In this document: one piece after another, positions 26,832 to 38,320 of the stretch
Numbering within the stretch: the first letter of the stretch is position 1
How the letters are laid out: every line of letters begins with the position of its first letter
NCBI RefSeq assembly: GCF_963853765.1
Contig: NC_088854.1
Coordinates: 39,308,001-39,372,000, forward strand
Source of the DNA: Magallana gigas
Lineage: Eukaryota
DNA: 64,000 bases
Direction: 5' to 3'
Notes under the pieces: model-generated
The model's input: only the letters and a program-made list of their open reading frames with translations
What the model was told of the DNA's origin: nothing
Database searches by the model: none
Translations under genes and position numbers: made by a program

Positions 26832-28829
26832 AAGAATTTTTTTGTTATAAATTTGTGCGTTTATGTATACTTCATTTCTAAAAAGAATTTTCCGATCATG
26901 TAACAGGAATTTATATATGAATGCATTAAAACTGTTTATTAAGCGTGCTGAATAAAGATAATTAAAATATATATAAACTGTTCAAAGATCGATATATATA
27001 TATTAAATCAACATTTTTAAGATGTTACGAGTACATGTAAAATTCGTTAACGTAAAATGAATTTAACGACAGCTAAAAATACCACGAATGAGCCACTCAA
27101 GTTTGCTGATCAAAGTCAATTTAGGCATCTCTAGAAAAACCTTGAACCCCCCTAAAAATCTGTGATTCTGTGCCTGGTAGATTCTGACAGGTCTCCTGTG
27201 AAGAGTCCCCATACTTGTAAACATGCAGATTTTGTAAAGTAGAATAATGTCACTTAAATTATGTAATACATAATGGATGACGTGATTATCAAATTGCGAG
27301 CTGATAAAACAATGTACGTCTGCGGACAATAGACAAATATTTGATCTTAATATGCAATCAAAAATATTTTTTAAGCATATAAGCTTACTTAACTGACTTA
27401 TGGGAAAGTTGGTAGGGGAATATTCAATAGTCGTTTAAATTAAGTCTTTAACAATTTTTTTAACAATCGTTTAAGTGTTTTCAATAACAATTTTAAGACA
27501 CCCAGTGCCTATAGAAAAGATTTTGGAGTCTGGCAATTTTTTTTTTGGAAAAGGGGGGGGGGGGGGGGTTAAGGCAATATGAGCTGCAGTTTTCATGAAT
27601 ATTAACTTTAATTGTGAAAATGTGATTTACTTCAAAAATGACAAAAAAAAAATAAAATCGTTATTGTTTACAAACATCTGTTAATCATATTTTTGCCTCA
27701 GAGGGGTGCTTGAGGACAGAACAGCACCCCCCCCCCCCCCCCCCCCGACCGAAGTATAGACCCCGAGACTTTACTTTTTTTTGTAAAAATCAAATTATAC
27801 TTTTTTGACATGTTTCTATTCTAATTCATTGCACAAAATTACCTTAAACAAACATTTTTAAAATATCAGAACCTCCGTACATTTAGAGGATCTGATTTTT
27901 TAAAAAATGTTTGCTTTAGGTAATCTTGTGCAATGAATATATAAATTAGATCAGAAATATGNNNNNNNNNNNNNNNNNNNNNNNNNNNNNNNNNNNNNNN
28001 NNNNNNNNNNNNNNNNNNNNNNNNNNNNNNNNNNNNNNNNNNNNNNNNNNNNNNNNNNNNNNNNNNNNNNNNNNNNNNNNNNNNNNNNNNNNCTTGTTGG
28101 GTGGAGTGGTAGTCGATTCAGCACCTCTGATTTTTGTGGGAAAAGCTATTTAGGGGCCCTGAATGAAGCAAAACATTATACATTACTGTCATCCTGTACA
28201 AAAACTGGTTTGCCATACATTTCTACATAGAGGAATCTTTCTTCTAATGAATCATCTTAACTCTTGTTTTATCTTAATCTTTATGACAAAGGTTTAAGCG
28301 ACATTCAGAATTAATATTAAAACAGGCTTTTGCAGCTAAATAAAATGATTAAAAAAAACCAAAAACTCATATTTCTTTAAATAGCTGAAAGACACCTACT
28401 GTTTGCGAGGCAATGCATTTAAAATTCAAAAATATGAAAGGAAAAGCGGTCGGGAGTCCAGCGATCGTTGCTGTCACTTATATATACCCAAGGGTCTAAT
28501 GAATTCATATACACACAGACGGTTATTAACCTGTACTGGCTTGAAAAATTTTTAAAAGATAGTTTNNNNNNNNNNNNNNNNNNNNNNNNNNNNNNNNNNN
28601 NNNNNNNNNNNNNNNNNNNNNNNNNNNNNNNNNNNNNNNNNNNNNNNNNNNNNNNNNNNNNNNNNNNNNNNNNNNNNNNNNNNNNNNNNNNNNNNNNNNN
28701 NNNNNNNNNNNNNNNNNNNNNNNNNNNNNNNNNNNNNNNNNNNNNNNNNNNNNNNNNNNNNNNNNAAAAATTCATATATAAATTTTGTTTTCATGATAAT
28801 TCAAAACATATTAGTTAAATTTCACTTAC

Positions 28830-28896
28830 CTGCAAATTTGTGATTACATAGCACCTGTAAAACAAGAACAGCAAACAAAAGTATAGATTTCAGCAT
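28830..28896 (-). CDS. Probable first coding exon (signal peptide) of the laccase
   Basis: ATG-initiated MLKSILLFAVLVLQVLCNHKFA(G), ending at a strong G|GTAAGT donor on the laccase strand. The link to the downstream exons cannot be confirmed because gaps intervene. Confidence 0.65.
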
Positions 28897-28939
28897 ATCG
28901 AACGATTTCCGTACATGTACCCGAAGGAAGCCAAGCATA

Positions 28940-28972
28940 TAGACATGACTTTAAAATGAAGTCCGTTTTATA
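28940..28972 (-). promoter_or_regulatory. Candidate TATA box and initiator for the laccase
   Basis: TATAAAA on - at 28972-28966, a TCA about 26 nt downstream, and the putative ATG about 75 nt downstream. Confidence 0.4.
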
Positions 28973-30058
28973 GTGGGTAGAGTGATCGCGTAGGGCCTCT
29001 GATAACACGCCTTACGGCGGTCTCGGGCGAAACGAACCATATCCGGCAAATAGTTCCTATTTGTCAAATTCTTTATTCCGTGTATTGACAAACTTTATTG
29101 AATGTTACAATATGAATCGGACTTTTCATTCTAGTGCTAGTAAAACAAGTACAATATATGAAGTACTATGTATGTAAAATCCTCCCAGGCTTATGATCAC
29201 TTTTTTTTCATTTTGAACATTTGTCATTGCAATGCATAATGCTTTGTTAGGATCAAAATTAACTATTTAAACAAACTCTTTAAAAATCCTAGTAGTGGCA
29301 AACGATTTGCAAAAAAAAGGAAAAGATTAAATTCCTATTTTGGCTATCTTTTGCGTTAACACTTCATTTTTGTCAATATATTGTAATTTCAGGAATGGAT
29401 TGAGTTGATTTTTGAATATTTCTTTCCTTCTTTTTTTAATTCAATGCTAAAATAATATTTTAGTTATGATACGTTGAGTATGGAAAGGGTACCCTACGGC
29501 TTTCCATAACGGCTTTCCATAGTTGAGACATAACGGTTTAGAAATTGTTTACTTTACAGAAACACATATTAATCCCAATGTCAAACGTTTAGATGACCGA
29601 AATTATCAGTGCATGTTTGTCATTTTCAAAAGACACCGAAAATCGCTGTGTACAAGTACAGTGATTTGAAAAGAGGTTCTTGTCTACTCATTTACATACT
29701 GTTTGTAAATAAAAACCCATTTTCCAAAATGGGCTTGAGGTTTTAATAAAATCAATGATGAAATTTTAAAAGACATATACAAAACTTTTAATAATCATCA
29801 TAGTAAATAACATTACGTAATTTAAGTTTGAAAATTAATTTTCCTCTGGTCCTTTTAAAATACGAATTTGTGTTAAGAATAACAAACGCGTTTGTGTTGT
29901 TTATTAGTCAACAGCTATATATACAGTTCATACATAGTAGACAATTGATGTTTAATAAATAAAAATAAACAGGTCAGTCGAAAGAAAGCAAGCTTACATA
30001 TGAAGTTTTCTGATGACAAAAGCATTATTAATATTCGTATACATGTATATGAATAATA

Positions 30059-30246
30059 CATGCGCGGATCCAGAAATTTTTTACCGGGGGGGGGGGGGGG
30101 GTCCGACGGTTATTTCAGTTTGCCGGGGGGGGGGGGGGGTCCTAGACACATTTTTGTTATTTTTATATAATGTAATTTAAGCAAAATTGAATTTTACAGG
30201 GGGTCCGGACCGCCCTAACCCCCCCCCCCCTCTAGATCCGCGCATG
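30059..30246. mobile_element. Short G/C-tract element with CATGCGCGGATC...GATCCGCGCATG ends
   Basis: Perfect 12-bp inverted ends; a related copy lies at 53442-53610 and a degenerate one at about 52419-52485. Confidence 0.8.
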
Positions 30247-30680
30247 TAATAAATTTCCTAATTAATTTACATACTGTCAAGATAATAATTGAATTAATTT
30301 AAAGACAATTGTTTGATATAGTAATACTTGTTAAGGAATTTTTCCTTTAAATGACAATTAATTGTGTGATTCAAATGTATCAATAATTTATATATTTTAT
30401 GATTTTATTTCTTTTTGAAATGCATGTATCTAGTATTATAATTTTCCTGTACATGTATTTAGTAATTTTTAGGTTTTTTGTTTTTTGTTTTTCGTGAAAT
30501 AATTGTCATTCAAAACGATAAATTTTAATTTAGAATTAACTATATTGTTTGATACACTTTTACATGATTTTAGAATCAGCTTTTTTTTGAGACAATTTGT
30601 ATCAATCATGCACAATTAAGTTTTGCTCACCTCGGATACAATTACACCAATTACTGAACATAATTGATTTAATTATCTAA

Positions 30681-31721
30681 AACCCTGTACATATGTATAA
30701 TCACATGTTTTTTAATCATAATACTTTGCTATCATTGTTTGATTGCTTTGTTGGCAATGTCATTAACTATGCTTCTGAGGTATGGGGTTCACTCAAAGCA
30801 CCTAATATTGAGAAACTTCATCTTGATTTTTGTAAACATATCTTGGGAGTTAAAAGGTCAACTTGTAATGTAGCAGTTTATTCTGAATTAGGACGCTGTC
30901 CTCTGCTGTACCAAAGAATGTTCAACATAGTTAAGTTCTGGAAAAAAATACTGTACCATAATAATTGTATTATTCAACATTGCTATTATACACTATATGA
31001 TTGTGTCGAAAAACAAAATGCAAAAAACTGGTTGTATCATGTTAAAGATTTTTTATGCAATCTTGGTATGTTTGAATTGTGGGAAAAACAAAAAATCAAA
31101 GTATAACAGCTGCAGATCTCATTGTTGTTAAGCAACATATTTTTGACCAAGCTACACAGTATATTTTTTCTCAACTAGATATTTCTAGTAAATGCTCTTT
31201 TTTCAAATACCTAATTGCAACCCATAATTTACAATTTTATTTAAGGAAACCTATTCCAAACAAATATCAAAAGTGTATTTCCAGATTCAGGTTGTCTTCA
31301 CATCAATTGTCGATAGAAACAGGTCGATTTTATAATATTGAAAGACACAATAGAAACTGTTTTTTATGTTCAAATTCTATTGAAGATGAATTTCATTTAA
31401 TTTTAATATGTTCCATATACGAAGGCTATCGCAAAAAATACATTAAGCCTTATTACTGGAAAAAACCTTCAATGTGTAAACTTCTGCAACTTTTTAATGT
31501 TGAAAATGTAAAGGAACTATGTAATCTGTGTAAATTTATTCACTTTGGTTTGAAATTAAGAAAAGATTTACTTAATGCAAATTAGATGTTGATATCATAA
31601 TATGTACACTTCTGCCACATTCTCCTGTTAACCTACCTGTGCGTGTATATTGTTTATATTTATTGTACTGATGAGCTGTATAGCATAAAGTTAATAAAGA
31701 ACTGAACTGAACTGAACTGAA
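30681..31721 (+). mobile_element. 5'-truncated LINE 3' end (RTE-X/L2-like) with one frameshift and a (GAACT)n tail
   Basis: ORFs 30693-31106 and 31079-31585 (CNVAVYSELGRCPL; SRFRLSSHQLSIETGRF...CFLC...EDEFHLILIC), followed by AATAAA and GAACTGAACTGAACTGAAC at about 31693-31721. Confidence 0.85.
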
Positions 31722-31927
31722 CATTTCAAGTCAATCATTTCGCTTCCGACATCTGTCGCTTTAGCTCATGATAATTATTATTATTGAAATAATAGCAAAC
31801 GCTCTCATATTTAGACACCAATTTAATCAATTAAATGATTTCGCTCAAACCATGAAGTGGCACATGGACTTCTTCAAGTACAATACAAAGACATGCACAT
31901 CCTAGTTTAATGCCTTCTTGTCTGAAC

Positions 31928-31931
<4 letters not shown>

Positions 31932-32001
<70 letters not shown>
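31932..32001. repeat. (AG)n microsatellite
   Basis: Direct run. Confidence 0.95.
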
Positions 32002-32004
<3 letters not shown>

Positions 32005-32139
32005 ATCTATATTGTATGATTTTATATTTGCTTTATCTAACGAGTTGAAATGGTATATATATTTGCGAGGCTTGCCGAGCGAATATAACCATTACAACGA
32101 GTTGGATAAAGCAAATATAATTATCACACAATTATAGAT
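32005..32139. repeat. ~135-bp imperfect hairpin with GC-rich centre CGAGGCTTGCCGAG
   Basis: Arm ATCTATATTGTATGATTTTATATTTGCTTTATCTAACGAGTTGAAATGGT pairs with ACCATTACAACGAGTTGGATAAAGCAAATATAATTATCACACAATTATAGAT. Confidence 0.75.
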
Positions 32140-32293
32140 GTTCTATTTATCTCATACAATTTGACTTTATATATTACGAAGCTTTTGAGACAGTCCCTTA
32201 ATTATATGACCCTAATTGATTTTTTTTTTCAAAGATTTTAACGATGATGCAACGTTGTGTTATGCGGTTATTGTGACCTTGCGCAATACAATT

Positions 32294-32775
32294 TATAGTC
32301 TGTCCCAAGTTATTGCTTTCATCGCTTTTTGATGATTTTTAATAAAATTACACATACCTGTGAAAGAAATACAGTTGAAATCGTTAAAAGGGAATTAATC
32401 CAAGATATCTTCACTGAACAATTATCCCTTTCCACTCAGAAAAATTCACAGGAACGAAAACAGATTCCTTACGGAGATTTATAATGGGGAATGTTTACAT
32501 CTTTTCTCCATTCGGAATACACTCGGAATACATCGCGCAATTTTTTAACGTTATCATCCGGGCTTATTATAATGGCTGTTGCAATGCAAAATCTCCGTAG
32601 ACTTTCAATTTCGGGATGTGTTTTAAAACCTGAAGCGGTAGAGGGGGCGTTTCAAGACAGATAATCTGGACAATTTTTATATTAGTGGATGAACGTAGTT
32701 TGAGCACAAAGGTATTTACTATTATTGAAATATCATGCAAAAAGTGGTGGAAGCAAAAACTCGGGACAGAGTATA
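32294..32775 (+). mobile_element. ~480-bp MITE, family copy A
   Basis: TIRs TATAGTCTGTCCCAAG / CTCGGGACAGAGTATA; the interior is homologous to 63041-63517 (same strand) and 57980-58457 (opposite strand). Confidence 0.85.
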
Positions 32776-33592
32776 GTACGTCATTTCTGAGATAAATCTA
32801 ACTGTTTTAATATAAAGTTTCACTGAAATAAACCTTGAAATAATTTTTTAGCTCTAAATAATTTTTCTTAGAGCTTATTCATTGGATTAAATGAAAATAC
32901 TGATCAGAAGACTCAAGTTTGTTGACATAACGTCACACAAAGTTGCATGCAAATGCTCATTAGTTAGAATTGACTCGAATAAGGAACAGTTAAAAATTGA
33001 TGTTTTATAAAACAAACACCAGCCTTATGATTCGGGATTGAAAAAGTGAATAAGGATGCTTACTGGTATTGGAATCAAAGTTGTGATGAAACATTTTTTC
33101 GGTAAGTTCTTGTATATAAACACAACCAGTGACGTGTTACGCTCTGTTTCCATCGCGTCGTCAGGATGAACACCTTGATACGTAATTTGCAGTTTTATAA
33201 ACTACACAAAGCAAATTGAAAGTTTGAAGGGGGCTAAACTTATAAAAAATCTTGACAAACAAGAAAAAAGGTCTTTTGGTTACGGTTATGTGTAATTTTG
33301 CAAAAAGAGTTGGGGGGGGGGGGAAGGACCCGGGTTCCGACGCCTATGCAACGCAGTTATGTGTTTTTTCATATTTGTAAGTAATTGAAGTCTTTGACAA
33401 AATCCATTTTATATCACTTTTTGTAGTAGATATAGTTATGTTGAAAGTGCTAGCAAATCTTCGAAAATAGGTCACTGAAGCGTTGAAGCGAGGGCCTGTG
33501 TCAAAATTAGTTCGAACCGGAAGTATTTGATAAAACGTCACCCGATTGATATAGCAAAGGATTATCACATGGGTTATATACACCACACGTAT

Positions 33593-33596
<4 letters not shown>

Positions 33597-33679
<83 letters not shown>
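33597..33679. repeat. (TA)n microsatellite
   Basis: Direct run. Confidence 0.95.
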
Positions 33680-33682
<3 letters not shown>

Positions 33683-34049
33683 AAGTATTATTCCCTCTAT
33701 TTCTTACGGAAACCTATAGTGAATTCATAGCTCAATCGAAACAGCCAGACTGAAATCTACACGCCCCGTTTATCGATTGGTCGAAATCTACAGCTGCTGA
33801 AACTGATAAGAAACTGACAGGACATATATAGGCACACCCTGTTTATCGATTGGTTCAAACCTACAGCGACCTAGAAAAAAATCACGGACTGCACGAAATA
33901 ATCATGACGATGTCAGACTCAGGCTCACAGGAGACGATTTAGCTGTTTCTTTTAGCTAACGTACTTACGTACATTGACAGTAATTTAGTGAATTTTACTT
34001 ACTTTTCATAATCAATTTATCAATTAGCTAAGAGAAAGATATTGATCAA

Positions 34050-34102
34050 TGCAGAAAAAATTTACATAACCCGCGTTTAGCGGGTTATGTATTTTTTCTG
34101 CA
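34050..34102. repeat. Subterminal hairpin of an unclassified non-autonomous element (about 33720-34160)
   Basis: TGCAGAAAAAATTTACATAACCCGC-GTTTA-GCGGGTTATGTATTTTTTCTGCA; upstream there are two related GTTTATCGATTGGT..AAA.CTACAGC repeats. Confidence 0.6.
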
Positions 34103-34170
34103 ATGTCGCTAACTTCATATCCCGAATGAATCACCAAAGAAAGCATTTTATTGTTTAAATATATATATAT

Positions 34171-34657
34171 TAGGGATGTCAACGAGTACCCGGTTTTAAA
34201 ACTTAAAATGTCAATTGCACTTGTACATACAGTAATTAGGATTTCCTCCGCCTCTAAATATGCTAAATTACCGTTATCGTCTGTCTTCTACCCTTATTTT
34301 TGGCTTACTTTAATGATTTGTTTTTACTGATCATCGTTTATATAGTCTATTATATAAATTAGATAGCACACAGTAAAGAAATTGAACATACCTAAAATGC
34401 CGCCACCTACTTCAAAGGTCTGGAAATATTTTGAAAGAACTGAAGATTCAAAAAACGTAGAATGTCAGCTGTACGAAGTAAACTTATCCTATACGAGGGG
34501 AACGACAAACATGTTAAATCAAATTCGTCTTAAACATAAGGAGGAATTTGACAGGCCAGAAATTCCAGAACAACAACCGACTTTATCGAATTTTGTCAAT
34601 TCTCCAAGAAGCCGTAAATACTCGGGAAAGAGACAGATGATACTACACGTGCGATTG
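34171..34657 (+). mobile_element. 5' end of a hAT-like DNA transposon with a degenerate BED zinc-finger exon; truncated by a gap
   Basis: Starts TAGGGATGTCAACGAGTACCCG (hAT-like TIR start). From ATG 34397: MPPPTSKVWKYF...VECQLYEVNLSY..GTTNMLNQIRLKH, a BED pattern with the second Cys changed to Tyr and the first His to Gln. Confidence 0.75.
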
Positions 34658-35171
34658 NNNNNNNNNNNNNNNNNNNNNNNNNNNNNNNNNNNNNNNNNNN
34701 NNNNNNNNNNNNNNNNNNNNNNNNNNNNNNNNNNNNNNNNNNNNNNNNNNNNNNNNNNNNNNNNNNNNNNNNNNNNNNNNNNNNNNNNNNNNNNNNNNNN
34801 NNNNNNNNNNNNNNNNNNNNNNNNNNNNNNNNNNNNNNNNNNNNNNNNNNNNNNNNNNNNNNNNNNNNNNNNNNNNNNNNNNNNNNNNNNNNNNNNNNNN
34901 NNNNNNNTCAACTTACTAGGTCTTTACCATTAAATAGAAAAACTATACAATACAAAACTTACAACTGTTATTACAAGATATAGCATTGTTATTACGATAA
35001 ATGAAAATGAGTGATATATACGAGAATAAAAAAACATGCATATAAACTATATTAAACAAATGCCTTCATATTCATCAATACTGGGGAGGACAGACATCCC
35101 TGCACCCCCCCCCCCCCCCCCCATTTGATGCTACTTCGAAAAGTCATCTTCAAATCTTTTTTCACAATAAC

Positions 35172-35206
<35 letters not shown>

Positions 35207-35396
35207 GAACAATAGGTATGATAAAGTCAGCTTAATGGAGTCATAATACAAACAATCTGGACAATGTACAATAATACATGTAGATCCTGTATAAATAAAA
35301 TCCATTTTTCCCCCTTGGAACTCGGATAGCCCTGATTGCTGCCAATATTTACAAGAGCAGACTTTAATCACCGCTTCTGCACATATAGGGACTCAA

Positions 35397-35724
35397 CGTT
35401 ACGCAGGCAGGGATCACCGCACACCTACGCAACTCAACAGGTACCAACGTTTACGCAAGCAGGGATGACCGCACACTTGCGCCAACAGCTCAACCTAACG
35501 CAAGCAGGGATTGCCGCACACTTGCGCTAGAAAGGCCTGAACACCAGCAGGAATGACCATACACTAGACTAAGTGCTCCGCCGCAACCACCACCAATACA
35601 AGCAGGTATGACTGCACACTTGTATTAATGCGATACAGGGCAGGAATGACCGCACACTTTGTATCGAAGGTTAGAAAACACTAAGATTAGATAGAGCAGG
35701 GATGTTCACATACTCAATCTATCC
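35397..35724. repeat. Array of 6-7 stem-loops with a conserved 16-nt loop CAGG(G/A/T)ATGACCGCACA and variable spacers
   Basis: 20-nt cores at 35407, 35459, 35504, 35547, 35602, 35640 and (degenerate) 35696; spacers of 32, 25, 23, 35, 18 and 36 nt; flanking arms are complementary. Confidence 0.85.
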
Positions 35725-36068
35725 ATACCTGTTCAAGTTTAACCCCATTCATTCGCACATCATAATGCAATAGACACTGTCCCTATATATGTGCCGGCCT
35801 AAAATAATTCATAGTATCTAAAAATTGAAAATATAAAAAAAACCAAACTAATCCGGCCTAACCCAAAACTTCTTATGCATAACAACTTATATACATTGAA
35901 TATTTATTATGGTATAAAAATAATCATTACAATAATTGGTTAACAGTGGATGCATTAATTAAAATAATCAAGAATCAATAAATCAAGGGCAATAACTCAA
36001 TACAGTAATACAAAAAGATTCTAATGAAAAAATAGCTGCCTGCTTCAATTTTATAGTCATATCACATG

Positions 36069-38050
36069 TTGAGCTTTCCTGGCTGTTTAGTTTCTGAGAA
36101 GAAGATTTTTAAAGATTTACTTTATATATTCCTATGCAAAACTTTAACACCCCCCCCCCCATGTGGCCTCATCCTTCCCCCAGGGATCATGATTTTCACA
36201 ACTTTGAATCTACACTACCTGAGGATACTTCCACACAAGTTTCCGCTTTCCTGGCTGATTAGTTTCTGAGAAGAAGATTTTTAAATATTAACTCTATATA
36301 TTCCTATGTAAAACTTCGACCCCCCATTGTGCCCCACCCTACCCCCCGGGATCATGATTTTCACAACTTTGAATCTACACTGCCTGAGGATGCTTCCACA
36401 CAAGTTTCAGCTTTCCTGACTGATTAGTTTCTGAGAAGAAGATTTTTAAAGATTTACTCTATATATTTCTATGTAAAATTTTAACACCCCCCCCCCCCCA
36501 ATGTGGCCTCATTCTACCCCCAGGGATCATGATTTTCACAACTTTGAATCTACACTACCTGAGGATGCTTCCACACAAGTTTCAGCTTTCCTGGCTGATT
36601 AGTTTCTGAGAAAAAGATTTTTAAAGATTTACTCCATATTTTCCTATGTAAAATTTCGACCCCCCATTTTGGCCCCACCCTACCCCCAGGGTCATGATTT
36701 TCACAACTTTGAATCTACACTACCTGAGGATGCTTCCACACAAGTTTCAGCTTTCCTGGCTGATTAGTTTCTGAGAAGAAGATTTTTAAAGATTTACTCT
36801 ATATATTCCTATGTAAAATTTCGACCCCCCCATTGTGGCTCCACCCTACACTACCTGAGGATGCTTCCACACAAGTTTCAGCTTTCCTGGCTTTTTAATT
36901 TCTGAGCAGAAGATTTTTAAAGATTTACTCTATATATTCCTATGTAAAACTTCGACCCCCCATTGTGGCCCCACCCTACCCCGGGGGTCATGAATTTCAC
37001 AACTTTGAATCTACACTACCTGAGGATACTTCCACACAAGTTTCCGCTTTCCTGGCTGATTAGTTTCTGAGAAGAAGATTTTCAAATATTAACTCTATAT
37101 ATTCCTATGTAAAACTTCGACCCCCCATTGTGCCCCACCCTACCCCCCGGGATCATGATTTTCACAACTTTGAATCTACACTGCCTGAGGATGCTTCCAC
37201 ACAAGTTTCAGCTTTCCTGACTGATTAGTTTCTGAGAAGAAGATTTTTAAAGATTTACTCTATATATTTCTATGTAAAATTTTAACACCCCCCCCCCCCA
37301 ATGTGGCCTCATTCTACCCCCAGGGATCATGATTTTCACAACTTTGAATCTACACTACCTGAGGATGCTTCCACACAAGTTTCAGCTTTCCTGGCTGATT
37401 AGTTTCTGAGAAAAAGATTTTTAAAGATTTACTCCATATTTTCCTATGTAAAATTTCGACCCCCCATTTTGGCCCCACCCTACCCCCAGGGTCATGATTT
37501 TCACAACTTTGAATCTACACTACCTGAGGATGCTTCCACACAAGTTTCAGCTTTCCTGGCTGATTAGTTTCTGAGAAGAAGATTTTTAAAGATTTACTCT
37601 ATATATTCCTATGTAAAATTTCGACCCCCCATTGTGGCTCCACCCTACACTACCTGAGGATGCTTCCACACAAGTTTCAGCTTTCCTGGCTTTTTAATTT
37701 CTGAGCAGAAGATTTTTAAAGATTTACTCTATATATTCCTATGTAAAACTTCGACCCCCCATTGTGGCCCCACCCTACCCCGGGGGTCATGAATTTCACA
37801 ACTTTGAATCTACACTACCTGAGGATGCTTCCACACAAGTTTCAGCTTTCCTGGCTGTTTAGTTTCTGAGAAGAAGATTTTTAAAGATTTACTCTATATA
37901 TTCCTATGTAAAACTTCGACCCCCCATTGTGGCCCCACCCTACCCCCGGGGGTCATGAATTTCACAACTTTGAATCTACACTACCTGAGGATGTTTCCAC
38001 ACAAGTTTCAGCTTTCCTGGTTTTCTGGTTCTTGAGAAGAAGATTTTTGA
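36069..38050 (+). repeat. ~166-bp satellite array (Cg170-like), about 12 monomers
   Basis: Monomer GCTTTCCTGGCTGATTAGTTTCTGAGAAGAAGATTTTTAAAGATTTACTC...GAATCTACACTACCTGAGGATGCTTCCACACAAGTTTCA, repeated about every 165-174 bp, with two ~131-bp deleted monomers. Confidence 0.92.
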
Positions 38051-38282
38051 AAAATTCTTGAAATTTTTCATTAATTTCTAATTATCTCCCCTTGAAAACG
38101 GGTGTGGCCCTTAATTTTCACAACTTTGAATTCCCTTTGCCTAAGGATGATTTGTGCCAAGTTTGGTTGAAATTGGCTTAGTAGTTCTTGAGAAGATGTT
38201 GAAAATGTGAAAAGTTTACGGACAGACCGACAGACGGACGCACAGACGGACAGACGGACGACAGACAAAATGTGATCAGAAT

Positions 38283-38320
<38 letters not shown>

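Larger units (their letters stand above)
35172..38318 (+). mobile_element. Helentron-associated non-autonomous element (HINE / Cg_HINE-like) carrying a satellite array
   Basis: 5' box AACAAGAGGCCCATGGGCCACATCGCTCACCTGAG; central tandem array; GACA/GACG microsatellite at about 38220-38265; 3' hairpin AGCTCACTTGAGC-TTTCA-GCTCAGGTGAGCT then AAAAA. This matches the HINE layout as I recall it. Confidence 0.85.

Noticed and set aside
25626-33730. ORFs with YIYI or ERER runs (25626-25999, 31910-32137, 33527-33730)
   Set aside because: These are translations of TA and AG microsatellites.
35336-35530. 64-aa ORF with repeated TQAG..AHLR
   Set aside because: It is a by-product of the nucleotide repeat; units 4-7 do not keep the frame.
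35397-35724. CRISPR array interpretation of the repeat-spacer region
   Set aside because: The context is eukaryotic with no cas genes, the spacer lengths are irregular (18-36 nt), the repeats are degenerate, and the palindromes are formed by the spacer ends rather than by the repeat. It is reported as a stem-loop array instead.
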